The notes under the pieces: generated by a model
Database searches by the model: none
What the model was told of the DNA's origin: nothing
The model's input: the letters and a program-made list of their open reading frames with translations, nothing else
Virus record (IMG/VR): IMGVR_UViG_2623620502_000008
Length of the DNA: 39,935 nt
DNA from: a virus
Lineage: Duplodnaviria > Heunggongvirae > Uroviricota > Caudoviricetes
Direction: 5' to 3' (one strand)
Shown: piece by piece, positions 17,588 through 27,332 of the stretch
Position numbering within the stretch: the first letter of the stretch is position 1
How the letters are laid out: the number at the start of each line of letters is the position of its first letter
Position numbers and translations under genes: made by a program

Positions 17588-18616
17588 TCATAGTTCATAG
17601 TTCGTAAAATTAATGACATTTTCGCCAAGCCACCTATTTAACTCTTCTAATCGTTTCTGAAGAGGCAATAGTTCATTACGTACAAAAACCTTACTAGCCT
17701 TCTCCACATCCCCAAAACCCCCAACATTATTCGGCATAATCCCCATCATCTGTGGCGGAACACGATGCGCGGCCATCATGTCATCACGACTCACGTTCTT
17801 GATGTTCAGAAATTCATCTTTCGCTGCGACTTCTGACAACGGGATGATCTGAAGTCCGTCCTTTTTGCCGTTAGGCGAGTACATAAACAGATTTCGGAAG
17901 TTGCCAGGGCCTTTGGCGCTTTTCATCGCATTGCGGAGGTTGTTCACATCCTCCTGGTTCTGCGCGGCATCGGTCATGTACATGATGAAGCCAGCATGAC
18001 TACCGTTAATGTAATACTTCCGGCGGAACAGCGTGGCGGACTCGTTGAGCAAAGCGGATGGGATGGCAGAAAGATAGCCGGGCAGGCCGTAGATCTCCTG
18101 ATTAATATCCGGTTCCATCAGATGAAAAATGCTGCCTTTCGTGAACTGATACGGCTGGGTTGTCATACCGTATTGCACAAACCAGTAGGTATCCAGGTCT
18201 AACCCGCGTCGGGTGTATTTCGCCAGGGCAGGTTCAAGGGCGATCACTTCACCGAAGCGGTTCGAGCGTTTCTCCAGGTAGGCGTTACCAAATACCAGAT
18301 AGTCCTGCACAAAACGTGAAAACGCCTGCTGGCTGAGCAGCGGATGAGGGATGTAGGTGCTGGTCAGTATGTTGCACTTTACGGCAATCGGTGAGCTGTG
18401 GTGCACGGCGGCGCGAAAGGTTCGCGCCAGCCCGTCGAAACTCACTGGTGGCTCATACCAGCGGTCCATCTGTACGCATTCCACATAGTCCAGTAATTCG
18501 CGGCGGTCCAGAACAGGAACGGGATCACCGAAGCTGAATGCTTCGGCTGAAGTCTGGTTTTTATGCAGGATCTGATTCGTCGCCGCAGCGCGGTTTTTCT
18601 TACTCTTTCCCATCAA
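17588..18616 (-). CDS. Q: portal protein (P2 gpQ-like)
   Basis: 342-aa ORF, overlaps terminase start by 4 nt; position and size as P2 Q. Confidence 0.85.
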   Translation of the reverse strand: MMGKSKKNRAAATNQILHKNQTSAEAFSFGDPVPVLDRRELLDYVECVQMDRWYEPPVSFDGLARTFRAAVHHSSPIAVKCNILTSTYIPHPLLSQQAFSRFVQDYLVFGNAYLEKRSNRFGEVIALEPALAKYTRRGLDLDTYWFVQYGMTTQPYQFTKGSIFHLMEPDINQEIYGLPGYLSAIPSALLNESATLFRRKYYINGSHAGFIMYMTDAAQNQEDVNNLRNAMKSAKGPGNFRNLFMYSPNGKKDGLQIIPLSEVAAKDEFLNIKNVSRDDMMAAHRVPPQMMGIMPNNVGGFGDVEKASKVFVRNELLPLQKRLEELNRWLGENVINFTNYEL

Positions 18617-20379
18617 AAAATCTCCACAATATTGCTGGTATTGGCGGACTCGCCCTGCAGCGGTTCGTTAAACAGTGCGTGCATTGTTGCCCAGGCCAGA
18701 TCGGCATGGCTGGCTTCTTCGCTGCGGCTGGCTTCATAGGTTGGGCGGTTGCCGCTGGCGGTGGTGGCGCGACGGATTGCCATAAATGACTGCGCTATGT
18801 CGGTGTGTCCGGCGTCAAACTCCAGACGACGGTGACTGATAATGTCGTAGGCCTTGAGTACCAGGGCGTTTTTAACGTTGGGGTTGTAGACAAACTCCCG
18901 GACGGCTGGAAAAAACGCTTTCACGTTCTCGTAAACCCCGTGGCCGACACCTGTCGAGTCGATGCCGATGTAGGTCACGTTGTACTGCTCGGTCAGTTTT
19001 TTGATGGCGTCAGCCTGGGCGCGGAAGTCCATCCCGCGCCACTGGTGACGCTCAAGAATGCGGAACTTACCACCCGGCACGGCTGGCGGTGCCACCACCA
19101 CGCATCCGGCGCTGTCGCCGTTTTGCGTACCTTTTGCCGGGTCATAACCGATCCACACTTCGCGCCAGCCAAACGGGCGCAGCGCCAGTGCATGAAAGTC
19201 GGTCCAGACTTCCCAACTGTCCACCATGCACGCCTGCAGCTCGCTGAGCGGAAACACGGACGCGAGATCGTCCACAAACTCGCACATCAGCAGGTTCTGG
19301 TATTCGTCCGGGCTGTACTCCATGCGTAGCTGGTCGAGGTCGAACAGGTTACAGCCGCCGCGCACCGCATCTTCCACGGTGACTATCTGGCGGTATTGCC
19401 CGTCTGCGCACAGCAGGCCGGGGGCCAGATTGCTGTGGGACAGGTCGATGTCCACCTTATCGGCTTTGTTGCGCCCACGGTTGAACAGTGCACCGGACCA
19501 GAACGGATAAGCACTGTGTGTCAGGCTGGATGGCGTGGAAAAATAGGTCTGTCGCCATTTCTTGTGAATAGCCATACCGGAAGCCACTTTGCGCAGTTCC
19601 TGGAATTTTGGTATCCAGAAATATTCATCCAGATACAGGTTGCCGTGGTAACTCTGGGCAGTGCGGGCATTGGTGCCGAGGAAGTAAAGCGTGGCCCCGT
19701 TAGGAAGCACCATCGGATCGCCTTTCAGCTCCACCTCCACTTCTTTGGCAAAGTCGATGATGTACTGCTTAAAGACGTGGGCCTGTGCCTTACTGGCGGA
19801 AAGGAAAATCTGGTTACGTCCGGTCAGCAGGGCGTCAATCAGGGCTTCACGGGCAAAATAGAAGGTCGCGCCGATCTGGCGTGACTTCAGCAGGTTGCGG
19901 ATGCGGTTGGTTTTTCCGGCTTCCCACCAGTGGCGCTGGTAGTTGAACATGGAGGAATGGAAGATTTCTTCCAGCTTCTCAATCTGTTCATCGGTGAAAA
20001 CATTCTTTTCAGGCTGACGGCGCGGGCCTTTGTTGCGGTTGGCGACGTTAGGGTTTAAGTCGGCTTCGTTGCCGCCATTGTTAAACTTGCCGATCCGCGC
20101 GTGGCGCTCAGACTGGCGCGCCAGCAGGTCAATCTCTTTGAAATCTTTCCCTTCTTTGTGCTCCTTCATGATGAGCTGGCAGTAGCGTGCGGCGGTGGTG
20201 AGCTGCATCTGATCCAGCGGCCCATAGTCACCCCACTTGTCGCGTTTTTTCCAGCTGTGAACGGTTGCAACTTTCTCGCCCAGCATTTCAGCAATGCGGG
20301 CGACGCGGTATCCCTGAAAGTACAGCAGCATGGCCTGCCGACGGGGATCGAGATCTGCGGGTGTCAGTGTGGTGTTCAT
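18613..20379 (-). CDS. P: terminase large (ATPase) subunit (P2 gpP-like)
   Basis: 588-aa ORF divergent from O-N-M capsid operon, as in P2. Confidence 0.85.
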   Translation of the reverse strand: MNTTLTPADLDPRRQAMLLYFQGYRVARIAEMLGEKVATVHSWKKRDKWGDYGPLDQMQLTTAARYCQLIMKEHKEGKDFKEIDLLARQSERHARIGKFNNGGNEADLNPNVANRNKGPRRQPEKNVFTDEQIEKLEEIFHSSMFNYQRHWWEAGKTNRIRNLLKSRQIGATFYFAREALIDALLTGRNQIFLSASKAQAHVFKQYIIDFAKEVEVELKGDPMVLPNGATLYFLGTNARTAQSYHGNLYLDEYFWIPKFQELRKVASGMAIHKKWRQTYFSTPSSLTHSAYPFWSGALFNRGRNKADKVDIDLSHSNLAPGLLCADGQYRQIVTVEDAVRGGCNLFDLDQLRMEYSPDEYQNLLMCEFVDDLASVFPLSELQACMVDSWEVWTDFHALALRPFGWREVWIGYDPAKGTQNGDSAGCVVVAPPAVPGGKFRILERHQWRGMDFRAQADAIKKLTEQYNVTYIGIDSTGVGHGVYENVKAFFPAVREFVYNPNVKNALVLKAYDIISHRRLEFDAGHTDIAQSFMAIRRATTASGNRPTYEASRSEEASHADLAWATMHALFNEPLQGESANTSNIVEIF

Positions 20380-20521
20380 GGCACAAACCTACAGCCTTGA
20401 ATGAAGGCTTTCCCCGCCTGCGGTTTGTGTGGTTGTCGGTACAAATACCGCGCATTGTTTCACTGCCCCCATCACCGCAACCATAAGGCTCCAGTAAGTT
20501 TTTTCTAACGGAGCACGGCTC

Positions 20522-21355
20522 ATGACAGTGAAAGCAAAGCGTTTTCGCATCGGGGTGGAAGGTGCCACCACCGACGGACGCGAAATCCAGCGTGAATGGC
20601 TGGAACAGATGGCAGCCAGCTACAACCCGGCGGTGTATACCGCGCTGATTAACCTTGAGCACATCAAGTCTTATCTGCCGGACAGCACCTTTAACCGCTA
20701 CGGCAAGGTGACGGCGCTGTTTGCTGAAGAAATCACGGAAGGTCCGCTGGCAGGCAAGATGGCGCTGTATGCCGACGTTGAGCCAACGGAGTCCCTGGTG
20801 GAACTGGTGAAAAAAGGCCAGAAATTATTCACCTCTATGGAGGTCAGCCCGAAGTTCGCTGATACGGGCAAAGCCTACCTGGTCGGCCTGGCTGCCACTG
20901 ATGACCCTGCCAGTCTGGGTACGGAAATGCTGACATTCAGCGCCAGTGCAGCCCATAACCCGCTGGCAAACCGCAAGCAGAATCCTGCCAATCTCTTTAC
21001 CGCTGCAGAGGAAACGGTGATCGAACTGGAAGAAATCCAGGACGACAAACCGTCCCTGTTTGCCCGCGTCACGGCGCTGTTTACCAAAAAAGAGCAGTCC
21101 GATGACGCCCGGTTCTCTGATGTGCATAAGGCCGTGGAGCTGGTCGCCACTGAGCAGCAGAATCTGAGCGCACGCACCGAAAAATCCCTGTCTGAGCAGG
21201 AAGAACGCCTGTCTGAGCTGGAGACTGCCCTGCAGGCACAGCAAACCGTCTTTAACGAACTGGTGGACAAGCTGAGTCATGAAGACAGCCGCCAGGACTA
21301 CCGCCAGCGTGCAACAGGCGGTAACGCCCCCGCTGACACTCTGACCAATTGCTGA
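20522..21355 (+). CDS. O: capsid scaffolding protein (P2 gpO-like)
   Basis: 277-aa ORF starting MTVKAKRFRIGVEGATTDGR; first gene of capsid operon. Confidence 0.8.
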   Translation: MTVKAKRFRIGVEGATTDGREIQREWLEQMAASYNPAVYTALINLEHIKSYLPDSTFNRYGKVTALFAEEITEGPLAGKMALYADVEPTESLVELVKKGQKLFTSMEVSPKFADTGKAYLVGLAATDDPASLGTEMLTFSASAAHNPLANRKQNPANLFTAAEETVIELEEIQDDKPSLFARVTALFTKKEQSDDARFSDVHKAVELVATEQQNLSARTEKSLSEQEERLSELETALQAQQTVFNELVDKLSHEDSRQDYRQRATGGNAPADTLTNC

Positions 21356-21371
21356 TGGAGCACAAAACCCG

Positions 21372-22430
21372 ATGAAGAAGAATACCCGCTTTGCTTTTAA
21401 CGCTTACCTGCAGCAGCTGGCGCGTCTGAACGGTGTGGCAGTTGAAGAACTGTCCAGCAAATTCACTGTGGAGCCGTCTGTGCAGCAGACGCTGGAAGAC
21501 CAGATCCAGCAGTCCGCCGCTTTCCTGACGCTGATTAACGTCACGCCAGTGACTGAGCAGTCCGGTCAGCTGCTGGGGCTGGGTGTTGGCAGCACCATTG
21601 CCGGAACCACTGACACCACCGCGAAAGAGCGTGAACCTGTCGATCCGACGCTGATGGTCGATGTGGAATATAAATGCGAGCAGACCAACTTTGACACGGT
21701 GCTGACCTACGCGAAGCTGGACCTGTGGGCGAAGTTTCAGAATTTCCAGGTGCGTATCCGTGACGCCATCGTGAAACGTCAGGCACTGGACCGCATCATG
21801 ATCGGCTTTAACGGCTTGAAGCGTGCGAAAACCTCCAACCGTAGTGAAAACCCGCTGCTGCAGGATGTGAACAAAGGCTGGCTGCAGAAAATCCGTGAGG
21901 ATGCACCGGATCATGTCATGGGCAGCACCACCACGGGCGGTGAAACCACACCGGGCGCGGTGAAAGTCGGGAAAGGTGGCGAATATGCCAACCTGGACGC
22001 CGTGGTGATGGATGCCGTCAATGAGCTTATCGACGTGGTCTACCAGGACGATGACGATCTGGTGGTGATTTGCGGCCGTGAACTGCTGTCTGACAAGTAT
22101 TTCCCGCTGGTCAACAAAGAGCAGGAAAACAGTGAAAAACTGGCTGCCGATATGATCATCAGTCAGAAGCGCATGGGGGGCCTGCAGGCCGTGCGTGCGC
22201 CGTTCTTCCCGCCGAATGCGCTGCTGATCACCCGTCTGGATAACCTGTCCATCTACTGGCAGGAAGATACCCGCCGCCGTTCAGTTATCGACAACCCGAA
22301 ACGTGACCGGATTGAAAATTTTGAATCCGTTAACGAAGCCTATGTGGTTGAGGACTACCGCTGCGCCGCACTGGTGGAAAACATCCAGATTGGCGACTTC
22401 AGCGCCGCCGCAGCAGAAACCGGAGCGTAA
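21372..22430 (+). CDS. N: major capsid protein (P2 gpN-like)
   Basis: 352-aa ORF following scaffold gene. Confidence 0.85.
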   Translation: MKKNTRFAFNAYLQQLARLNGVAVEELSSKFTVEPSVQQTLEDQIQQSAAFLTLINVTPVTEQSGQLLGLGVGSTIAGTTDTTAKEREPVDPTLMVDVEYKCEQTNFDTVLTYAKLDLWAKFQNFQVRIRDAIVKRQALDRIMIGFNGLKRAKTSNRSENPLLQDVNKGWLQKIREDAPDHVMGSTTTGGETTPGAVKVGKGGEYANLDAVVMDAVNELIDVVYQDDDDLVVICGRELLSDKYFPLVNKEQENSEKLAADMIISQKRMGGLQAVRAPFFPPNALLITRLDNLSIYWQEDTRRRSVIDNPKRDRIENFESVNEAYVVEDYRCAALVENIQIGDFSAAAAETGA

Positions 22431-22433
22431 TCC

Positions 22434-23084
22434 ATGAGCCTGAGTCCCGCACGGCAGCATCGCCTGCGCGTTCAGGCTGAACAGGCCGCCCGCGAGGGCG
22501 GCAGTGTTCGCCACGCGTCGGGCTATGACCTGATGCTGCTGCAACTGGCGGAAGACCGCCGCCGTCTCAAGGGCGTTCAGTCCACGGTGAAAAAAGCGGA
22601 AATCAAGGTGGAGCTGCTGCCGAAATATGCCGCCTGGGCGGAGGGCGTCCTGGCTGCCGGAGGCGCTCAACAGGATGACGTGCTGATGTACGTGATGCTG
22701 TGGCGCATTGATGCCGGAGATTATGCCGGGGCGCTGGAGATTGGGCGTCATGCCCTGCGTCATGGCTGGGTGATGCCGCTGGGTAACCGCAACGTGCAGA
22801 CCGTGCTGGCAGAGGAAATGGCAGACGCCGCGCAGAGCGCAATGTTTGCCGCCACCGGCTTTGATGCCGATCTGTTGCTGCAGACGCTGGAGCTGACAGA
22901 CGGTCTGGATATGCCGGACCAGTCACGGGCGCGTCTGCATAAAGCGATTGGCGCTGTCCTGAGTGAAAGCAACCCGGCTTCCGCCCTTAATCATCTCAAC
23001 CATGCGTTACAGCTCGATCCCCGCTGTGGCGTGAAAAAAGACAAACAGCAGCTGGAGCGCAGACTGCGCAATGATAGCCGCTGA
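22434..23084 (+). CDS. M: terminase small (endonuclease) subunit (P2 gpM-like)
   Basis: 216-aa ORF after N, as in P2. Confidence 0.75.
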   Translation: MSLSPARQHRLRVQAEQAAREGGSVRHASGYDLMLLQLAEDRRRLKGVQSTVKKAEIKVELLPKYAAWAEGVLAAGGAQQDDVLMYVMLWRIDAGDYAGALEIGRHALRHGWVMPLGNRNVQTVLAEEMADAAQSAMFAATGFDADLLLQTLELTDGLDMPDQSRARLHKAIGAVLSESNPASALNHLNHALQLDPRCGVKKDKQQLERRLRNDSR

Positions 23085-23179
23085 CAGAACGTGCCCCCGC
23101 GCACAGGCGGCACGGGGTGGCGAAAGGCACTGCCACATCAAAACCTCGTCCACCGCCCTCTATTTCAGGAGAAAGCAGC

Positions 23180-23644
23180 ATGAAGTTTGTTGCGCCAGAA
23201 CAGGCACCGGAACAGGCGGAAATCATCAGAAATACGCCGTTCTGGCCTGATGTGGACCTGTCGGAGTTTCGCAGTGTCATGCGCACTGACGGCACGGTGA
23301 CGCAGCCGCGTTTAAAGCAGGTTGCCCTGTCGGCAATTTCGGAGGTCAACGCTGAGTTGTATGAGTTTCGCAGACGTCAGCAGATGCTGGGGTATGCGTC
23401 GCTGGCTGAGGTTCCGGCGGAACTGCTGGACGGGAAAAGTGAGCGCATTCAGCACTATTTCAACGCGGTTTACTGCTGGGCACGCGCCATGCTCAACGAG
23501 CGTTATCAGGACTATGACGCCACGGCGTCCGGTGTGAAGCGGGGCGAGGAACTGGCGGAAGCAAGCGGTGATTTGTGGCGTGACGCCCGCTGGGCCATCA
23601 GCCGGGTGCAGGATGCGCCGCACTGCACAGTGGAGCTTATCTGA
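23180..23644 (+). CDS. L: head completion/stabilisation protein (P2 gpL-like)
   Basis: ATG at 23180 preceded by caggagaaag RBS (ORF track extends to 23117). Confidence 0.7.
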   Translation: MKFVAPEQAPEQAEIIRNTPFWPDVDLSEFRSVMRTDGTVTQPRLKQVALSAISEVNAELYEFRRRQQMLGYASLAEVPAELLDGKSERIQHYFNAVYCWARAMLNERYQDYDATASGVKRGEELAEASGDLWRDARWAISRVQDAPHCTVELI

Positions 23645-23847
23645 TGAAAGTGCGTGCGCATCAGTATGACACGGTGGACGCGCTTTGCTGGCGTCATTAC
23701 GGGCGCACGCAGGGTGTCACGGAGCAGGTACTGAAGGCAAATCCGGGGCTTGCCGAATACGGCCCCTTTTTACCTCACGGGCTGCAGGTGGAGCTGCCGG
23801 ACATTCTGACAACCACCACCGTGCAGACCGTCCAGCTATGGGACTGA
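23644..23847 (+). CDS. X: tail protein X (P2 gpX-like)
   Basis: 67-aa ORF; ...ANPGLAEYGPFLPHGLQVELPD... pattern typical of gpX. Confidence 0.7.
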   Translation: MKVRAHQYDTVDALCWRHYGRTQGVTEQVLKANPGLAEYGPFLPHGLQVELPDILTTTTVQTVQLWD

Positions 23848-23850
23848 ATT

Positions 23851-24066
23851 ATGACGCTTGAGCGAATCAGCGCCTTTATCACGTATTGCATCGCCGTCGT
23901 GCTGGCCTGGCTGGGCGATTTGTCCATCAAGGATGCCTCAACGCTGGGCGGCCTGATGATTGGTGTACTGATGCTGGCTATCAACTGGTACTACAAACAC
24001 AAAGCCTACCAGCTTCTGCGCGACGGGCAGATCTCGCGGGAGGACTATGAATCCATCAATCGTTAA
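23851..24066 (+). CDS. putative holin
   Basis: 71-aa ORF with hydrophobic segments, directly upstream of endolysin. Confidence 0.55.
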   Translation: MTLERISAFITYCIAVVLAWLGDLSIKDASTLGGLMIGVLMLAINWYYKHKAYQLLRDGQISREDYESINR

Positions 24067-24559
24067 ACGCTGCCTTGTCGGGGCCGTGCTGGCTATTGCT
24101 GCCACGCTGCCGGGTTTTCAGCAGCTTCACACCTCCGTGGAGGGGCTGAAACTGATTGCTGATTACGAAGGCTGTCGTCTGCAGCCGTATCAGTGCAGCG
24201 CGGGTGTCTGGACCGACGGCATTGGTAATACGTCGGGCGTCATTCCCGGCAAAACCATTACGGAGCGACAGGCAGCAGAAGGGCTGATCTCCAACGTGCT
24301 GCGTGTGGAGCGGGCGCTGGAAAGGTGTGTGAAGCAACAGCCGCCGCAGAAGGTGTATGACGCTGCGGTGTCGTTTGCCTTCAACGTGGGAACGGGCAAT
24401 GCCTGCAGTTCCACACTGGTGAAATTACTCAATCAGCGGCGCTGGGCGGATGCGTGCCGACAGTTGCCGCGCTGGGTTTATGTGAAAGGTGTTTTTAATC
24501 AGGGGCTGGATAACCGCCGTGCGCGGGAGATGGCCTGGTGCTTACAGGGAGCAAACTGA
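24047..24559 (+). CDS. K: endolysin, phage lysozyme family with N-terminal signal-anchor (SAR-type)
   Basis: Hydrophobic N-terminus (LVGAVLAIAATL) followed by EGCRLQPYQCSAGVWTDGIGNT (Glu-Asp-Thr catalytic triad spacing of T4-type lysozymes). Confidence 0.8.
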   Translation: MNPSIVKRCLVGAVLAIAATLPGFQQLHTSVEGLKLIADYEGCRLQPYQCSAGVWTDGIGNTSGVIPGKTITERQAAEGLISNVLRVERALERCVKQQPPQKVYDAAVSFAFNVGTGNACSSTLVKLLNQRRWADACRQLPRWVYVKGVFNQGLDNRRAREMAWCLQGAN

Positions 24560-24560
24560 A

Positions 24561-24938
24561 ATGAAAAAGAAAGTAATCAGCGGGCTGTTTCTGATGTTAT
24601 GGATGGCGCTGTTGATCGCAGCAATGGTGTATCCACAGGGGATTTTTCCGGTACTGGCAGCGTCCGGTGTCTGGGTAGCCTGTCTGCTGACATGGGCGGT
24701 AATTCCGGTAGCACTGGCTGCGTTAATTAAGAACGGCCCGCTCTGGCAGGAGTTGAGGGCATCTTTGCTAAAGACCATTACCCGAAAAGAAAACGTATTT
24801 ATCAGCTGGGTGATGCGATTGCTGATTGTCGTAAGTTTCGCCTGGACGGGGTGGGCTATTACCCTGGTCTTTTATCTGCTGACCGTTATTGCCTTCTGGA
24901 TGATCCGTAATCAGATTGCGCAACAGGTAGCAGCATGA
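24561..24938 (+). CDS. lysA: LysA-like membrane protein (lysis timing/antiholin-like)
   Basis: ATG 24561; about 126-aa protein with 4 hydrophobic segments after endolysin as in P2. Confidence 0.55.
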   Translation: MKKKVISGLFLMLWMALLIAAMVYPQGIFPVLAASGVWVACLLTWAVIPVALAALIKNGPLWQELRASLLKTITRKENVFISWVMRLLIVVSFAWTGWAITLVFYLLTVIAFWMIRNQIAQQVAA

Positions 24939-25363
24939 ACCGGTTGCTGCTGGTTGTGCTGGCGTTATTACTGGCGGCGCTGGGCTGGCAGACGTGGCGG
25001 CTGGCTGATGCCAGCCAGACCATCAGCACGCAGGCAGACGAGCTTCGGAGCAAAAGCCAGGCACTGGCAAAGAGCAACAGCCAGCTTATCAGCCTGTCCA
25101 TTCTGACTGAAACCAATAACCGGGAGCAGGCGCGGCTCTATGCCGAAGCAGAACAGACCAGTGTACTGCTGAGACAACGACAACACCGGATTGAGGAACT
25201 GAAACGTGAGAACGAGGATTTACGCCGCTGGGCTGATACTCCTTTGCCTGCTGACATTATCCGGCTGCGGGAACGCCCCACACTCACCCGAGGTGCAGCT
25301 TACCGTCAGTGGTTGTCCGCGAGTGACGCCGTGTCGGCTGGGGCAGGCAGCGCCGCGCACTAA
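24935..25363 (+). CDS. lysB: LysB, Rz-like inner-membrane spanin
   Basis: 142-aa ORF, N-terminal TM helix then coiled-coil region. Confidence 0.65.
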   Translation: MNRLLLVVLALLLAALGWQTWRLADASQTISTQADELRSKSQALAKSNSQLISLSILTETNNREQARLYAEAEQTSVLLRQRQHRIEELKRENEDLRRWADTPLPADIIRLRERPTLTRGAAYRQWLSASDAVSAGAGSAAH

Positions 25364-25466
25364 CGGTGACCTGAACGCGTTGCTGGATGAAACGGAGGCC
25401 GCCTGGGCGGTCTGTGCAGACAAAGTGGACATGATTATTGCGTGTCAGGAGCGAAACAGTGAATAA
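25206..25466 (+). CDS. lysC: LysC, Rz1-like outer-membrane lipoprotein spanin (embedded/overlapping reading frame)
   Basis: 86-aa ORF in alternate frame overlapping lysB 3' end; lipobox LTLSGC. Confidence 0.6.
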   Translation: MRTRIYAAGLILLCLLTLSGCGNAPHSPEVQLTVSGCPRVTPCRLGQAAPRTNGDLNALLDETEAAWAVCADKVDMIIACQERNSE

Positions 25467-25890
25467 ACCACAATCCCTGCGCCACGCCCTCAATAAAGCG
25501 GTGCCTTATGTCCGCAATAACCCGGACAAACTGCATCTGTTTGTGGATAACGGTTCGCTGGTTGCCACGGGGGCCAGCTCCATGTCATGGGAGTACCGCT
25601 ATACCCTGAACGTGGTGATAGAGGATTTCAGCGGCGACCAGAATCTGCTGATGGCCCCGGTTTTGCTGTGGCTGAGGGATAACCAGCCCGATGCCATCAA
25701 TAACCCGGCGTTACGGGAAAAACTATTCACCTTTGAGGTGGATATTCTGCGCAACGATGTCTGTGATATCAGCCTGAACCTGCAACTGACGGAGCGTGTG
25801 CTGGTCAGCACTGACGGTAGTGTGTCGAGCGTTGAAGCTATAGCGGAACCTGATGAACCTGAAGAAATGTGGACGGTGAAACGTGGCTGA
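25438..25890 (+). CDS. R: tail completion protein R
   Basis: 150-aa ORF in P2 position after lysis genes. Confidence 0.7.
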   Translation: MRVRSETVNKPQSLRHALNKAVPYVRNNPDKLHLFVDNGSLVATGASSMSWEYRYTLNVVIEDFSGDQNLLMAPVLLWLRDNQPDAINNPALREKLFTFEVDILRNDVCDISLNLQLTERVLVSTDGSVSSVEAIAEPDEPEEMWTVKRG

Positions 25891-26329
25891 ACTGCAGAAA
25901 GTGGACGACTGGCTGAGTGCCTTGCTGGCGAATCTGGAACCAGCCGCCAGAAGCCGCATGATGCGCCAGCTGGCGCAGGAACTGCGCCGGACACAGCAGC
26001 AGAACATCAGGATGCAACGCAATCCTGATGGCAGCAGCTATGAACCGAGGCGAGTAACAGCACGCAGTAAAAAAGGCCGTATCAAACGGCAGATGTTTAC
26101 AAAACTTCGCACCACAAAATACCTGAAAACCGCCGCCAGCGAGGATTCTGCCAGCGTGCAGTTTGAAGGTAAGGTGCAGCGCATTGCCCGCGTTCACCAT
26201 TATGGCCTGCGTGATCGCGTCAGCCGCAAAGGACCGGAGGTCCGTTACGCAGAGCGTCGCCTTCTGGGCGTAAATGATGATGTTGAGGCAATGACCCGCG
26301 ACATGATTCTGCAATGGTTGGCGGGGTGA
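25883..26329 (+). CDS. S: tail completion protein S
   Basis: 148-aa ORF (GTG start) following R. Confidence 0.7.
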   Translation: MAELQKVDDWLSALLANLEPAARSRMMRQLAQELRRTQQQNIRMQRNPDGSSYEPRRVTARSKKGRIKRQMFTKLRTTKYLKTAASEDSASVQFEGKVQRIARVHHYGLRDRVSRKGPEVRYAERRLLGVNDDVEAMTRDMILQWLAG

Positions 26330-26397
26330 TTTTTGTATCAGCAGTGATACAAGTTGCAGCACTGCCGCCTTTCTTCCCCTGATGGCAACCTTTCCCT

Positions 26398-26976
26398 ATG
26401 AACGCACAATTAACCGAAATCATGCGCCTTATCACCAATCTGATCCGCACTGGTGTAGTCACCGAAGTGGACCGGGAACACTGGCTTTGTCGGGTGAAAA
26501 CGGGCGACCTTGAAACCAACTGGATTAACTGGCTGACGCTGCGCGCGGGTAATGCCCGCACATGGTGGAAACCATCGGAAGGTGAGCAGGTGGTGCTGCT
26601 GAGTTTGGGCGGCAATCTGGAAACTGCCTTTGCGCTGCCCGCTGTCTATTCGAATCAGTTCGCACCACCGTCGACGTCGGCAGACGCCTGCGTGACAGAA
26701 CATCCTGACGGTGGCTGGTTTGAATACGAACCCGCCACCGGGCGCTGGTATGTCAGGGGCATCAAATCAATGGTCATTGAGGCCGCTGACAACATCACCA
26801 TGAAAACCAGTGAGTTTGTACTGGAGGCTGACCGCACGCGCATTAGCAGCGAAGTGGTGATCAATGGTGGTGTTACCCAGGGCGGCGGAGCGATGAGTTC
26901 TAACGGGATCGTGGTTGATGCGCATCAGCATACTGGCGTCCTGAAAGGCGGCGATACAACCGGAGGACCGGTATGA
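26398..26976 (+). CDS. V: baseplate assembly protein V (spike)
   Basis: 192-aa ORF; gene order V-W-J-I. Confidence 0.8.
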   Translation: MNAQLTEIMRLITNLIRTGVVTEVDREHWLCRVKTGDLETNWINWLTLRAGNARTWWKPSEGEQVVLLSLGGNLETAFALPAVYSNQFAPPSTSADACVTEHPDGGWFEYEPATGRWYVRGIKSMVIEAADNITMKTSEFVLEADRTRISSEVVINGGVTQGGGAMSSNGIVVDAHQHTGVLKGGDTTGGPV

Positions 26977-27332
26977 CGCTTTATAGCGGGATGAACAATA
27001 CCAGCGGCAAAGTCATTACTGATATTGACCATCTGCGCCAGTCGGTGCAGGACATTCTGCTGACGCCGCAGGGTAGCCGCATTGCTCGTCGTGAATATGG
27101 TTCCCTGCTGTCGGCACTGATAGACCAGCCACAAAATCCGGCGTTACGCCTGCAGGTCATGTCGGCAGTGTATGTGGCGCTGAGTCGCTGGGAGCCACGG
27201 CTGACGCTGGATTCCATCACCATCAACAGCAACTTTGACGGTTCTATGGTGGTGGAGCTGACCGGGCGGCGGAATAACGGTATGCCTGTTTCCCTTTCCG
27301 TATCAACAGGAGCAGAGAATGGCAGTGATTGA
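26973..27332 (+). CDS. W: baseplate protein W (gp25-like)
   Basis: 119-aa ORF overlapping V stop. Confidence 0.8.
   Translation: MTLYSGMNNTSGKVITDIDHLRQSVQDILLTPQGSRIARREYGSLLSALIDQPQNPALRLQVMSAVYVALSRWEPRLTLDSITINSNFDGSMVVELTGRRNNGMPVSLSVSTGAENGSD

Noticed and set aside
18805-20662. Plus- and minus-strand ORFs overlapping the terminase large subunit gene (e.g. 18805..19329, 19396..19884, 20288..20662)
   Set aside because: Antisense or out-of-frame within a conserved, confidently assigned gene; compositions are non-protein-like.
22281-23349. Minus-strand ORFs across the M and L genes (22281..22763, 22603..22926, 22996..23349)
   Set aside because: Antisense to the capsid/terminase operon; Arg/Pro/Ala-rich composition typical of GC-rich antisense frames.
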